Of a stretch of 64,000 nt of DNA, positions 36,601-49,287 are shown in pieces. Position 1 is the stretch's first letter. The number at the start of each line of letters is the position of its first letter. Location of the stretch: NCBI GenBank assembly GCA_000708835.1, contig DF236993.1, forward strand, positions 230,307-294,306. Reading direction: 5' to 3'. This stretch comes from Klebsormidium nitens. Lineage: Eukaryota > Plantae > Klebsormidiophyceae. Below the pieces are notes generated by a model that saw only the letters and a program-made list of their open reading frames with translations, did no database searches and had not been told where the DNA came from. Made by a program: the position numbers and the translations under genes.

Positions 36601-39600
36601 GGCAATGCAGGCATTCAATATAGACCGCTCGGTACCATGTAAGCCATAATGCCTCCGACATACATAATTCGCCACAGAAAAAAACTGCCAGCCGTGCAGG
36701 ACGAAGGCGCACTTGTCCAGATTGTCCGGTTTTCCGAGCTCAATATAGGTGCACAATACTTACCAGTGCTCAGTGATCAGCAACCATCTCATTAAAAAAA
36801 GATCAACCGCCCTGCGAGCGGATGGGATAAGGAGAGCGGCGGACTCACCTTGACCGCCGCCAGGAGGTCGGGTGCCTCGGCGTTATTGTGGGCAAAGGGC
36901 AACTTATGGGGCCTCAGGTTTTCTGCACGTGCGCGCGTCACCAAACCCTGCAAAGAAGGAAAGTGTAAGCAATTGAAGGCTGTGGCAAATTGCCCATTCC
37001 CCCAAGCTGTTGTGGTCGATGGGATTGGCGGCCGTCGCTTCTCTCGTGCTACCTATGAGTCAATGATAATCGCAGCAACCAAAGAGAGTGTGTAACTATC
37101 TTTTCCATATCCAGACAACAAAAACCGGTGGGTGACCAAGGACGTAAGAATCGAAAGGCTGGTTCTACAAGGTCTCAGCACCTTGAAAAGGCAGCAAGGT
37201 TGGCGTCCTTTTCTGAAGTGAAGTGCTGAACTGGACTGACAAATCGGCTTGCTTTGAACTACGGTGAACTGAGGTGAGAAGTCAATTTCTTGAATAAGCA
37301 ACTTTTGGAAATGAAACGCACCTTTGAGTCTACGAAGCAGATCTTTTGCCGAGCTTCTTGGATGGTGATCTTGGCCTGTAAGAAGAGAGCCAGGTAAACA
37401 TTTGAGTCAAAGGAAGGGCTTCTAGTAAAGTCCGACTGGCTCGTTTTGAGTGCCAAACGCTTTCTTCAGACTAATCAAAGTGAACCAACGCCGATTCGTT
37501 CGCATGAGAAACTTGTCAGCAAACAAAGGTTTGAGAGCTTCCGGCTTTGATGAAGGTCCGGAGTAAAGATTCGAAGAAAGAGATGAGACCTATCCTTCAA
37601 GGCTGGTCAGCATGCGACAGATTGAGAAGATTTGGAGGATCTTCAAGGCGGTTGCACCACTGCCTTTTGATAAAGTACAGAAAATCCGCAGGTGCCAAAG
37701 CCTCTTCGTTGGTTTTCCTTTTTGTGTGCACGGATGGAGGGAGGATATGGACCTCGGCCGGTCCTTGAGAACCTCTTCAGACCCTCTCCGCTCCAGAGAA
37801 CCGACGGTTGACGTTGATTTTCTGGACCATCTAGTTGGGGAGTTGCAGCCGAGGACACGTTGCAGCCGCGTGTCCCGTTGACAAAGCGCGGGAAGTCCGC
37901 AATCTTCTTCCATCCGCTCTGTCCGAATCTCCCTTGACAAACGCGAATCACTCGGCAACGTTTTTGTTTCCGCTGGAGCGAAGGACAATGAAAAGGAGCC
38001 TCACCTCTCGGCTTATGCCGAGCGCCACCAGCTCCGCTATGCTGCACTCCAACTGCAGCAAATGGAAAGCATGACGTCAGCAGGGTAGGGTTGCAGCCAA
38101 CTCGCATAGACACTGACAATGAAGCTCAATGCTTAGGGTCGAGTGGCAGTCCTGCTGACAATCCAAACCACACACCCTGCTGGTTGGCAGAAAAGCTTCT
38201 CAAGTAGTCACTGAGACGTCAAACACTGGTCGGAGAGCGTTAGAGTCAGAGAGTATGCGCCAAGTATGGCCGATGAAGAACACGCAGCGCGCTTGGGACT
38301 CGATCGCGATTGCAAGACTACAGGCTTCGCTTATTGAATTGAAGTTCGGATCGATCTCAGAAACACCAGAATGAAACGTTTAGTTGACCCCAGAATAACT
38401 CCAGTCCTAAGAACCAGAAAGCTGATCAAAGACTTCAAAATTCAACCAACAAAAGTATCGCGTCAAACCAGGAGTCGACAATCTAGGCGAACCATACGGA
38501 CCACTTCGCAATTTGTGAACAGCCACGGTCTCTCACTTCTCCGGCGCCGGTGAAGAGATACGTGTGTTGCGAGACGGGACAGTTGGTGAGGGGCTGCGCT
38601 GCCTTGATGCCAGCCAGCAGAACCGCAGCAGTGCCCTGAATGTTGTCGTTGAATACTAGGTGACTGCCGCGATACTGGAAGTGCAACCGGTGCGCGTTAT
38701 GGTTTGCCAGGTCTTGGAACTGCAAAGGAAGAAGAGACTCGAGTAAGACCGCTATCAGAGATACTGCGTCGCTGTCCTGGATGTTGTCATCAAATACTAG
38801 GTGACTGCCGCGGTACTGAAAGTGCAACCGATGCGCGCTGTGATTGGCCAGGTGTTGGAACTGCGGAGGAAGGGAGAAACTCAATCAGGACCGCTTTGCC
38901 GATTTGCGCCAGTACTCTGAAGATTGCCGTTGAAGACTACATGGCTGCCGCCAACTTCTGACCGCTTGTCGACTATTGCGCCTGACCTTTGTCCGGAGTG
39001 GCTCCCAGATGCGTTTGCAGGTCCACGGGATAGATTTTTGATCAGTGGACGGCACAAAGAGAGTGCAGCCTGTAAGCTTCTGATCGCCTCAGGGGTTTAG
39101 ATCACCGGGCGCCGAGAACCTCAGCGGGCAAGCATGTGGTGAGAAAGATGTCACTACAAGAAGCAAGACAACTAGACGGGATGGTCCTGGAAGGGCACGG
39201 GATAATCAGAGCTTTGCAAACCTGAGTATCCAATATACTAGCGTGCATCAAGTGCGGCCCACCTGGATGAGGCACTTGTCGCCAAAACGCGCCTTGGCTG
39301 CCTCCATAAATTCGTCCAGCAACTCGTCGTACTCCTGAAGAGCAATCAACAACAGTTTTGATACGAACGCCGGAGCGCCGTCAACGAGACCCTCCTAAAG
39401 GACCTCCCTCGTTGACTGCCTGCCTTTGCCGGAAACTCCTTGAGTTTGACCGCCTTCAGATTGACCGCCTTTGTTACATAGGAGTATTCAGGCCTCGAGC
39501 TCTGAAGCAGCGACTGCGAAGAATAACCGGCTGTCGGGAAGAGAGGGTGGCACACGACGCACTGTCGACTCCTTCACACAAGCGGAACAACTCACTGGAA

Positions 39601-42600
39601 CGCAGCCCAGGGGCCGGCAAAATAGGCACGATATTGAGATCTGTTATATGCTAGTCCGCATGTATGAATCAATTGTAAGTACGTTAAGAACCGTAAACAA
39701 GCTCTCGGGCCCCTGGATTGAAGTGCGTGAGAAGAGCAAGCTACATCAGAGACCGGTCAAAGCTAACCTCTCCCTTAACCCGGCTATGCCGGACGCCTAT
39801 GTAGAAGGGGTCCTGCAGAAGCGCCTGGTTGTTCGTTCCCACGTCGATCATGACTGGGAGACACTGTACCGAGAAAGAAAGATCATCAGATCACCCATGG
39901 GTAAAATGTGCGCATCTCGTTGTTCGGAAGTCTTCACCACTTGTCGAAGCAAACCGCTTTTCGGTCTTCCGTTTGCCGTACGTGTTTTCCTCTGCCCATC
40001 ATGATAGTGCTTGTGTTTCTAGCACACCGTCATAGCTTCGACGGCGAAACGGAAGAAGCACGGAGAGACAGTCTGCCTCGTCGAAACGGTTCTGGCTGCC
40101 CAGAGCCTCCTTGCCGCTAAAGCGTCATGATTTCGTTTCCAAATGTGCTGCGGCGCTCTAGCAGCTTGAGGGTAACTCCTCCTGGTCGATCCTCTATAAC
40201 CCGCTTCCGAGCTACTGAATGCTCTCGAAACGCCACGTCAACGCTGCTCGAAGCATCCTAGCAGCCCAAAACCTCGCTACTTCGCTTCGTGAACGGCACC
40301 ACTTCAACTCGGACTTTGAGAGATCACAGCTCTCGGACGGCAGAAGGGGCGCTTCCCTTGGTTGGATAACGAAAATGCTTCGAGCGAACGTCTAGGCGGG
40401 GTGCCAAACGCCTCACCTCGGAAGGATTGATGCCCCCACACGCAGTGTACAGAGAAAGCTTGCCCACGGGGATCCCCATGCCCTGCACAAGCCACGTGGC
40501 AAAATGAGACGCGTCGACGCAGGCGGTTCAAGAAAAAGCGATAACTTGCGTCCACAATTACGATATGCGCATCTGGCAGTTGGCCCAGAGCAAACGAAGG
40601 CAAGGGGGGAAGAGTAGAGGAAGAGATGAGACTGCTTTCTTGTACTCGCAACTCGAATCTTAACGGCAATTAAAGTCGACACGTCCACAAGCTTGGACGA
40701 CAAGGCTAGTGGCTGTAGAGAAGGTTGTTAGAGTGCTCACGTTTGCACCCAGGTCCCCAAGTCCCATGATCTGCTCCCCGTCAGTGACCACGATGAAACG
40801 CACCCGCTTCTCCGGCCAGTTCTTCAGGAGGGTCAACACGCGGCCCCTGCATGTACAAAGAACGGGATTACGACAAAGATGATTGTTTGAGATCGATCGT
40901 GTGTCAACGGTTTAAGTTACTGCTCAAACCCGTTCGATAGAATTATGTGCAGTTCATAACACTTCTTTGAGTGAGAACGCACATCGACGGATCTCGGATG
41001 GTTCTGACGACTTGAGGAGGAACAATGTCGATTCTCTGACGTCGAGCGAATGGTTGAAGTCCTTGTCGAGGGACTCTGAAAAGCTTCTGAGCACCTGTCA
41101 CAGTAACCAGATAGTGCACGACTTTGCGCATGCTGATTGTGGCCTCCCAGGCAGGGACAACGGTGTTTTGCGAAACGGCAGCATTTCACTCAAACAGTTT
41201 GTGCGCAAAGCCCTCCTCAATGTTCTTCAATATTTGATCCGCATAGGAGACCAAGCAACCACACAGAAAGCTATACGGGCAAGGCGTGAACACCACCAGC
41301 AATAGGCTTCAAATCCATATTCTCCCCGCTGTTGATCCTTACGTCAAAAGATCTCGTCGACCTGCAAATGGAACACGGACTGACTCGCATAGTCCGTAGC
41401 ATGCCAACGGACACTTTCGGACCCAAGGGTTGGCATTCGTGTTGGAACATTTACTTGTCGTTGTTGGTGATGAAGATGCCACGTGGTCGTCGGAAGAGCA
41501 GCCCGTAGCGCCGGCAGGCGAGGCCCACGGTGGGGCCGCTGATGATTGGCATCAGATCCTCAATGTAGTCGAGCAACACCCGGTAGAACAGCCGCTCATT
41601 GCGCTCCTGCGTAAAATGATGCAACATGTCTTCTGAAACGTCGATCTGAATTCGGAAATTTCTCCTGTTGCTAGTCATTCTGCTGAGTTCGTGTTGTTTG
41701 AGTTACAACAGCCGCTGACAGAGCCCCCGCAGAGAGTGACGCAACAACAATCTGGGACTCCGTTTACAGACTTAGAAGGAACGATAAGGGGCGACCTTGT
41801 TCTTCAATTTGTCTTGAAGTTGTTCTCTCTCAACAATGAGGACTGGCACGAGTTGGGCTTGTTCCCTAGTGAGCCTCTTTCCAGCGGAAGCATCTGCTGA
41901 ATGTTGAAGTCCTGCATTTATAGATCTGACATGTATCTTAAGTTCCGTGGACTTTAATACAAAGAGTAAACTTCTGTGACTTGATTGACACCTCCCAGCC
42001 ACAACAGTGAATCAGCTAAGGTATGTGCAAGCAGGTCTGCCCCCAGCAGAAATACAGGCCTTTGAGTAGACATGGGATGAACAAATTCTGGCCGCAAGCA
42101 CATAAGCAGTGGCTCCTTCAAATTCTTGTCTCAGCACTAGAGAACAAGTGATCTTTTGGAACTTACTTGGAGGGACATCAAGTGGCTGTACTTGTGTAGG
42201 TTCGAGGTGTACTCCTTCAAGTTCTCGAGGACTCTTTCAACCTGCAAGACCGGGCCGTCTGTCATATCCAAGTTACCGGGCACTTTCATCGACACCATGA
42301 TGTTCTCTATGATACATGACGACCTTTACGCTGGTGAACACAATTCAGTGAGGGCTCAACGATAGGGCGCATACTTTTCCTCGTTGAAAAGGGCCCTAGC
42401 CATATCACATGAGGAACCCTTTGGAGACATAGGGCAAAGTGCCTCGCATTCGGTACAGTTCACCTAGTAATGTTTCAGACCTGGTCAGATGCACTTTCTT
42501 CACGGGTGGCACCAGAATCCGGACATTGACCAAACCAGAAGTAACTGATTAGAACCAGACGATACAAAGGAAAGTACCTGCAAGTCTTGTGTCATGTATG

Positions 42601-43321
42601 CAGGTGGCAGTAGTCCCAGAAGGTAGCTGGCTTCCCTCTCAGCCGGAGTGAATGCCATGCCCTTGTTGTACTTGGGATTGCGCAGAAGGTCAACCCCACT
42701 GCAAATGAAGAAGTCAGCATCAAGAGACATTTTATGTGGCGCAGAAGTTGAGAGTAATCAGAAGGAAAGCGGCCAGAGACCCGCCGCAACCTGACTTTGT
42801 TCCCTTGAGAACCTGCCTGCATTTTGTGTTACGCATCATTCGTTGAGGGGAATGCTGGCAGGTGTCATGTCGCATCGAAAGTTGGCTTGCAATAGCAGGA
42901 GTTTCATGAAGTTGATGCAGTCAAGCCTGGAAACATTGGGCCAGAGAGGTGTTGATGACGCCCACATTATACACACTGATCTCAATTGAACTTATCTCGT
43001 TCAAGTCAACCTGGTCGGCTTTGCTGGAAAATGTGCTTCAAGCCGAAGCAGCTACGGCTTGCCTCAATTTGCCTTCAGACCTTCAATGTATATTGAAGTT
43101 CTTTGTTGCCTGACTAACCTTGACACGGTTCGTACCCAAGGTGTGGCTGGTCGCTCAACATCTTCCTCTTTCACTTGGCCCCAAGTGTCCGAGTTGAAGC
43201 TCCGGACGGCCAGGCCCTCAAACGAGCCGGACGCTTCAGGTTTTGCTGCGCAAGGAATGTGGTGATTCGCAATCACACTCCGCCTCAAAATGCTGCTCAA
43301 GTGTCTAGTAAACCCGGCCAT
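33694..43321 (-). CDS. Malic enzyme homologue (plant NADP-ME-like), about 18-19 exons, catalytic residues substituted
   Basis: [131 protein letters not shown]. The splice phases I traced are consistent. Confidence 0.93.
35031..35090. repeat. Perfect 30-bp tandem duplication in a malic enzyme intron
   Basis: CAATTAATTGGAACAACGGCCAGCTCCCTT occurs twice in direct succession. Confidence 0.95.
38765..38875 (-). repeat. In-frame intronic copy of the acceptor and first ~30 codons of a malic enzyme exon
   Basis: CAG|TTCCAACACCTGGCC at 38860 versus the real CAG|TTCCAAGACCTGGCA at 38719. Confidence 0.92.
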
Positions 43322-43782
43322 TGGAAGGATGTTTGCCTCAATCAGCTGTATACAAAAGCAGAGGACCTTCTTCTTACATTCCCTGTACTCTTTACGCCCA
43401 CCACCATTGATCACGCATGAGTTGCAGCTCTACACAAAGTGCAGGATGCAGAATGTGAACGTACTATGCACACACTGTGCAGCTTCATACCAATAGAATG
43501 CCAATGCCAACTTGTGCTGTGCAAGTAATTCTTCCAAGTGTTGAAGCAGGCAGCGGAATGGAGCAGAACGCAACTGAGCGGAATGGAACACAAATTGCCT
43601 CTGCAAATGGACGTCCAAAACGGCAGAGTACCTACAACGTCCGCAAGGATTATCTGCAATGCTGTCCGCAAGGGAACAAAGAGAGGCGGCACGTAACGTC
43701 CGTATCAAAGCTGGGGAAGCGCTAGCTGCGTCTTGCATTCCGCATTCTCTGACTTTTCTCTCCGCCAAGTCACACGGACATA

Positions 43783-46700
43783 ATGGCGGCCTCTTCCCTC
43801 CAGGCTCGCTTTGCTTGCAGCAGGGCTGCATTTGCGGCTCCGGGGTCTGCCAGACAAAGCAGCAGCCGCACATTCTGCGCACCTATCGCCGCTTATTCTG
43901 CGCCAGCATTGCAATGCAGGTTGCAGAAGACAGTTGCGGCAGGTTCCTATGCAGGACTTAGAAAGGCGGGGGTCCTCGACGCACAGGAGAAGCATGCCAG
44001 CCTCGCTCAGCAGGTGTGCCAAGATTCCTTCTAGTTTAATTCACTTGAAATACCACATTGGTGATTGCATTCTGGCAATGTGGCATTGGAGATCCGCATC
44101 TGAAAAGAAGGCATTAGAGAAAGACCTTTGCGGCACTCCCTGTTTTGAGGGGAATTAGCAACTGGCGCTTACCGCGTTGAATGGTCTAAGTCAAGAAAAG
44201 CCGATGTGGGATGCACATCAAGGTCTTCATGAACCTCTTATCACCGTACTTCAACTCTGTTTGCTCACCACTGCACACAAGGGCCGAGCTCTTATGTTGC
44301 CTTCGAAAGTTTATTCTGGTCCAAAAGGTCTCATCAGTAAACTTTGTGAGAGAGAAGCTGAAAGACAAAGCCAGAGCCGGGCAATTTCTTGGTAGAGATG
44401 AGAGACTCAATTTGCATTTTGAATTCAAAACTGCATACCTAGAAGGCGCCAATACTAGTGCCACCGCTTTGCACAGCATTCGCTGCATTGCATCAATGCC
44501 AAGGCCTACGTAGTGAGACCTGTATTGATACAGTCTGAATGGGTAGCTCAGAAAAGCAAAGCTGTACTTCTTTCCTCCTGCGGCACTCTATCATCGTCAG
44601 AAGCCACACTTGTCTAGATATGACAAAATGGGCCACCAAAACAACTACAAAACGTCTGCATTCAGCGACTTCATTTTGTTTTCGGCTTCTACTTGAATCC
44701 TACCGAACACGACTAGCTCCACCTCATCCAGGTCAGCAATGCGGCGCCGAGGGCGTCCTCCCGGCGCAGTGCCGGCGTGACCATGAGCGCCAGCGGCGAG
44801 CCAAAGAAGATTCTCATGATGGGAGGCACGCGCTTCATCGGCCTGTACCTCGCCAGGCTGCTCGTCAAAGCTGGCCACGAGGTAAGGTCACGCAGTTTCG
44901 CGGCTCCTGAATCTGAAAGGGATTGCTCTACAAAACTCACTGATGAAGTCCGTCCTGGAAACCCTTTAAGTGGAAGTGTTAAGCAGCATACTCTTTTGAA
45001 GAGTACCACCTTAAAGAATGTCTGGCTCTGGGGCTAGATTGCTGAATCAAACTGCTAGGTGACCGAATCCTCCTAAGCTGTGGGTAAAGTACGTTATAAA
45101 TCAATGCGGCACGAGACCAACAGATGATAAGTCATGGCACACTGTGACAGGCAGAACTTTCTGGTGGCTGCTCATGAACAAATACCTTTGCGACGCAGTT
45201 CATGCATGTCAAATGGGCATGTTTTCTTTACGCTCTGCTTACACGCACTGCCCTTGAAGGGAAAATATGCCACAAACCTGGGGTGCACCAGCGTCTTCAC
45301 TGCAGTGTAGCATCAGACACGAGGGTTCCACCGGTGATAAACGGAGCTGCTTTCTCATCTTTTTCATTGCCGTCGATGCAGGTGACGCTCTTCACCAGGG
45401 GGAAGACGGCTGTCACGTCACAGCTGCCCGGCGAATCTGACGCTGACTACAAAGAGTACGAGTCAAAGGTCGGCGCAGCCTGTGAACTACTTGTTTCTTA
45501 AGCAGAGCATGTCTTGAAATCCTTTCCGCTGAAATCACAGTTGGTTAATTTGGTCGTCAGGCTTCTGCATACAGGCCGGGATGTTTCGCATCTTACCAAC
45601 TCTTTGAGAGGTTCTAGAGGTCGCCATCTCGTCTCAAATCAAAACGCATTGGAAGGCCTTTCATTCGGGCTTTACAGGGGTTGTGTTAAACCTATATTGT
45701 GCACGGTTTGTCTAACCTTCAAACGTTCGCCATTGCCATTTCTGCTGCGTCTGTCATTCAGAGACAGACGAGAAATTTTGGATGTTTCATTTTGGAACTG
45801 ATCAGTGGAGAGCAAAAGGCTGAGCTCAGTCGATAACCTCCTTCGTCGCTGCACAAACCATCAAACTTTTGGTTGAGCTAGATGTTGAGATCAGACAGAC
45901 ACTCACGATCTGACAGTCGTGGGTCCTTGTTGACGTGAATCGACGGTTGTGATTTTCTTTTGTTGTGATCTGACGGTCATAAGCTGTCGACGTGCAGGTG
46001 AAGCACATCAAGGGCGACCGCTCCGACCCCGAACTCGTGAAGAGCCTGCTGGAAGGCAAGGGCTTCGAAGTCGTCTATGACATCAACGGTGAGTCCGCGC
46101 TCTGGCGTCTGCATCTTCGGACGCGAAACGCACCTAAATCTGGTAGAAATACATCTAAGTGACCGCCTGCACAGAATTCCTGAATACTGCTCAAAACCTG
46201 CTCGGACTTCCCACTCTGCTTCCTAATTTGCTTCGCAATCGCTTAACCCACAAACTGTGAGGCTCCAGACGCAGAGACGTCATTCCCGAGCTGGACCGGC
46301 TAAATCTTTCTGCTCGTCCACTGGGTCATACTAACTTCTCGCTTGACCCCCTCAGACCTTCTCAGCCTCAGCCACCAGGTTCCCGGTCTGCTTCTTAATT
46401 TGCTTCTTGATCTGCTTTTGTTTCTTGACCCGCGGGCCGTGAGATATCGGACGCCGAGCCGATTTTGGCGCCAATCTCCGACCTCGACCAGTACATCTTC
46501 TCCTCGTCCGCTTGCGTCTACTTTATACCTCTTAGTTGTCCCTTTCACACCCTCTTAATCACTCTTAACCCACTTCCTAATCTCTCTCTCGTTTGTTCTT
46601 CACAAGCCGCGAAGCTTCGGACGCGGAGCCCATTTTGGACGCCATCCCGGACCTCGACCAGTACATCTTTTGCTCTTCTGCGGACGTCTACCAGGTTCTC

Positions 46701-48529
46701 ATTCCAGGCGTGGTTCCCAGTCCGCTCCTCAAGGATTTACCAACAAGCTTTCTAACCTGCTTCTCAACTTCCAAACTCGCAGGCCGCGAGGCTTCCGACG
46801 CCGAGCCCATTTTGGACGCCATCCCCGAGCTGGACCAGTACATCTTCTGCTCGTCCGCGGGCGTGTACCTCAAGTCCGACCTGATGCCGCACTTCGAGTC
46901 CGACGCCGGCGACCCGAAGTCGCGCCACAAGGGCAAGCTCGACACGGAGTCGCTCCTCGAGAAGCGCGGCGTCAAGTGGACCAGCGTTCGTCCGGTTTAC
47001 ATCTACGGACCGCTGAACTACAACCCGGTGGAGGAGTGGTTCTTCCAGCGGCTCAAGGCGGGGCGGCCGATCCCAGTCCCCGGGTCGGGGATGCAAATCA
47101 CGCAGCTGGGGCACGTCAAGGTGAGGGCGAAGCTTTGGGGGTTCGAAACAGAAACCACAGAAACCAAATTTCTAGATGCTTTGCGAAATATCTATTCCAG
47201 CCTCCAAGAAAGCTCTGAGAAAGCTCGATTGATAGGGAGAAAGAGGTTTTAGATGTGACTTGTTCGGAATCTTGGAACCCCCTCGCTTTGCTGTAGAAGG
47301 CAGAGGAAAGTTTGAGTTGGGCTTTTGCTGAGGCTTCTGGATGGGCGCCGCTGCGCTGGAAAAAAAAGGACTTTTAATAGTTCCGCGAGCCTGGACGACC
47401 CTTAACAACGGCACAAGAGGGAGCCCAAGTGTCGTTAACTTTCCACTTGATAAGACAATAGTTTCTCTTGTAATACAAGTCTTTGCGCGCTGCACAGGAT
47501 TTGGCGGAGGCGTTCGTGGCGGTGCTGGGCAACCCGAAGGCGATCGGCCAGGTGTACAACATCTCGGGCGCCAAGTACGTCACCTTTGACGGCATCGCGC
47601 GCGCATGTGCCAAGGCGGGCGGCTTCCCGGAGCCCGAGATCGTGCACTTCAACGCCAAGGACTTCGACTTCGGGAAGAAGAAGCCGTTCCCCCTGCGCGA
47701 CCAGGTGAGTGGGCGTTGGTTTTATTGACCTTATCTTGCTTTTGGTTTGAATGGATCGCGGCCGGACATTTTTTGCCGTTCAAAGGAAGGTAATCTTTCT
47801 TGCTTCTTGACACGCACAAAAGATGAGAAGAGCTTTTTTGATAAAAGGTCGTCCACTTCAACGCCAAGGACTTTGACTTCGGAAAGAAGAAACCGTTCCC
47901 CCTGCGCGACCAGGTGAATGGGCCGTGGGGCTTTGTTACAAGGAAGCATTTGGTATGAACCGATTCTGAACCAAGGAAATCAGCGATCGAAGTGAAGGGG
48001 GTCAATTTTATGTGGCTCGTGCAGAGACGACAAGAACTCTTCAAAAGAAGCATCGTGCACTCGACGCCGAGGATATTCACTTGAAAAGAGGCCGTTCCCG
48101 CTTTGCAACCAGGCGCCCACACGATGAAAGAGTATACGACACAGGAACGAGGCTCGAAAGCTTAAGCTTATACTGCGAAACGACGACCCCCTAGACGAGA
48201 ACGCAACCTCCTGTACCAAAGTCACTTTCGTCACCCCTCGATAGGTTGGCGAATCTTTTTGCGTCACTCTCCCCAATACAGCGACTTCCCAAACGCAGTT
48301 TCGTTTCCTGCAAGAAGCTGCGCTGATATGTTTTGCCATATACTCGCAGCACTTTTTCACATCCATTGAGAAGGCTGAGGCTGACCTGGGGTGGACGCCC
48401 AAGTTCGACCTGGTCGGTGGGCTCAAGGACTCGTACGACCTTGATTTCGGCCGAGGTACTCAGCGGAAAGAAGCGGACTTCAGCACCGACGACATGATCC
48501 TGGAGAAGGTCGGCAAGAAGAAGCACTAA
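43783..48529 (+). CDS. CSP41B: Chloroplast stem-loop binding protein 41b (NAD-dependent epimerase/SDR fold)
   Basis: Transit-peptide exon from 43783 (MAASSLQARF...), then KKILMMGGTRFIGLYLARLLVKAGHEVTLFTRGK, QYIFCSSAGVYLKSD, SRHKGKLDTE, RPVYIYGPLNYNPVEEWFF, TQLGHVK, KPFPLRDQHFF, ADFSTDDMILEK. Confidence 0.95.
46254..46695 (+). repeat. Three degenerate tandem copies of the acceptor region and exon 5' end, in a CSP41b intron
   Basis: Copies begin at about 46254, 46436 and 46606; the real exon begins at 46783. Confidence 0.9.
47850..48115 (+). repeat. Two degenerate copies of an exon 3' end and donor, in a CSP41b intron
   Basis: Copies at 47850-47921 and about 48054-48113 match 47641-47712. Confidence 0.9.
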
Positions 48530-49287
48530 TCAGGAAAGGACCAAATTGCACGCCATGTTTTTGCGCGAGTTGACACTGGCAGGAGTTGTAACTTTCTGTC
48601 CGACCAGGTATGTATTGGCAGTACCTTCTTGATAAGAATATTTTTGAGCTCTTCGCACATCATTAATTTGCTGTACGCATGACCTGTTAAGTTTCGGTTA
48701 GGTTTGAGGGGGACTGCACGTTGTCATTTCTCGCAGCTACATCACAAAATCGAGCCACTATCAGACATGTAGCATTCGATGCAAATGCACTCCATCTCCG
48801 GTATGTTTGAAGTCTAGCTTCTCTGCATCACCTTCAGTTCAGCCGCCTAGCCGCACTGGATCATGAGTGCAATGATTGCATACGGTCAGTCCTTCAATTG
48901 CGCCCATCATGTTGGATGTTATACAGAAGATCAAACATGGTAAGCTAGGCGTTAGTAGCTGTTAATAGAAGTTATGAACAGTTGTGCATGCATATACACT
49001 CTGCCCGATGGCTCTACGTGTGGCTCAGGGCGTTGATAAACCGTAAGTTACCATATACTATGGTACATATGCATGATATCGAAGCCCTAGCTCGCATGTC
49101 AGGCCTGGCCGGCGCATACATGGCATGCCTGCACTCGAGGTGCCGCCAAAGCTCTTAGTAGCTGAGGATCATGTAGCCGGTCGATCATATGCCATGACCA
49201 TATATCATTTATGGGGTGCGGGCAACTCAAAATTAATGATGTAGATAGGTAGCTGACTTGGCATGTACTGTAATATTAATGTGCATA

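Noticed and set aside
38632-41540. RNA editing restoring malic enzyme catalytic residues
   Set aside because: The changes needed (AGC to TAC, CAG to CGG, CAA to GAA, AAC to GAC) are not C-to-U events, and nuclear editing of this kind is not expected.
46254-48115. Regularly spaced repeats as a CRISPR array or mutually exclusive exons
   Set aside because: Eukaryotic locus; units are partial exon copies lacking the second splice site, with no cas genes and no constant-repeat/unique-spacer structure.
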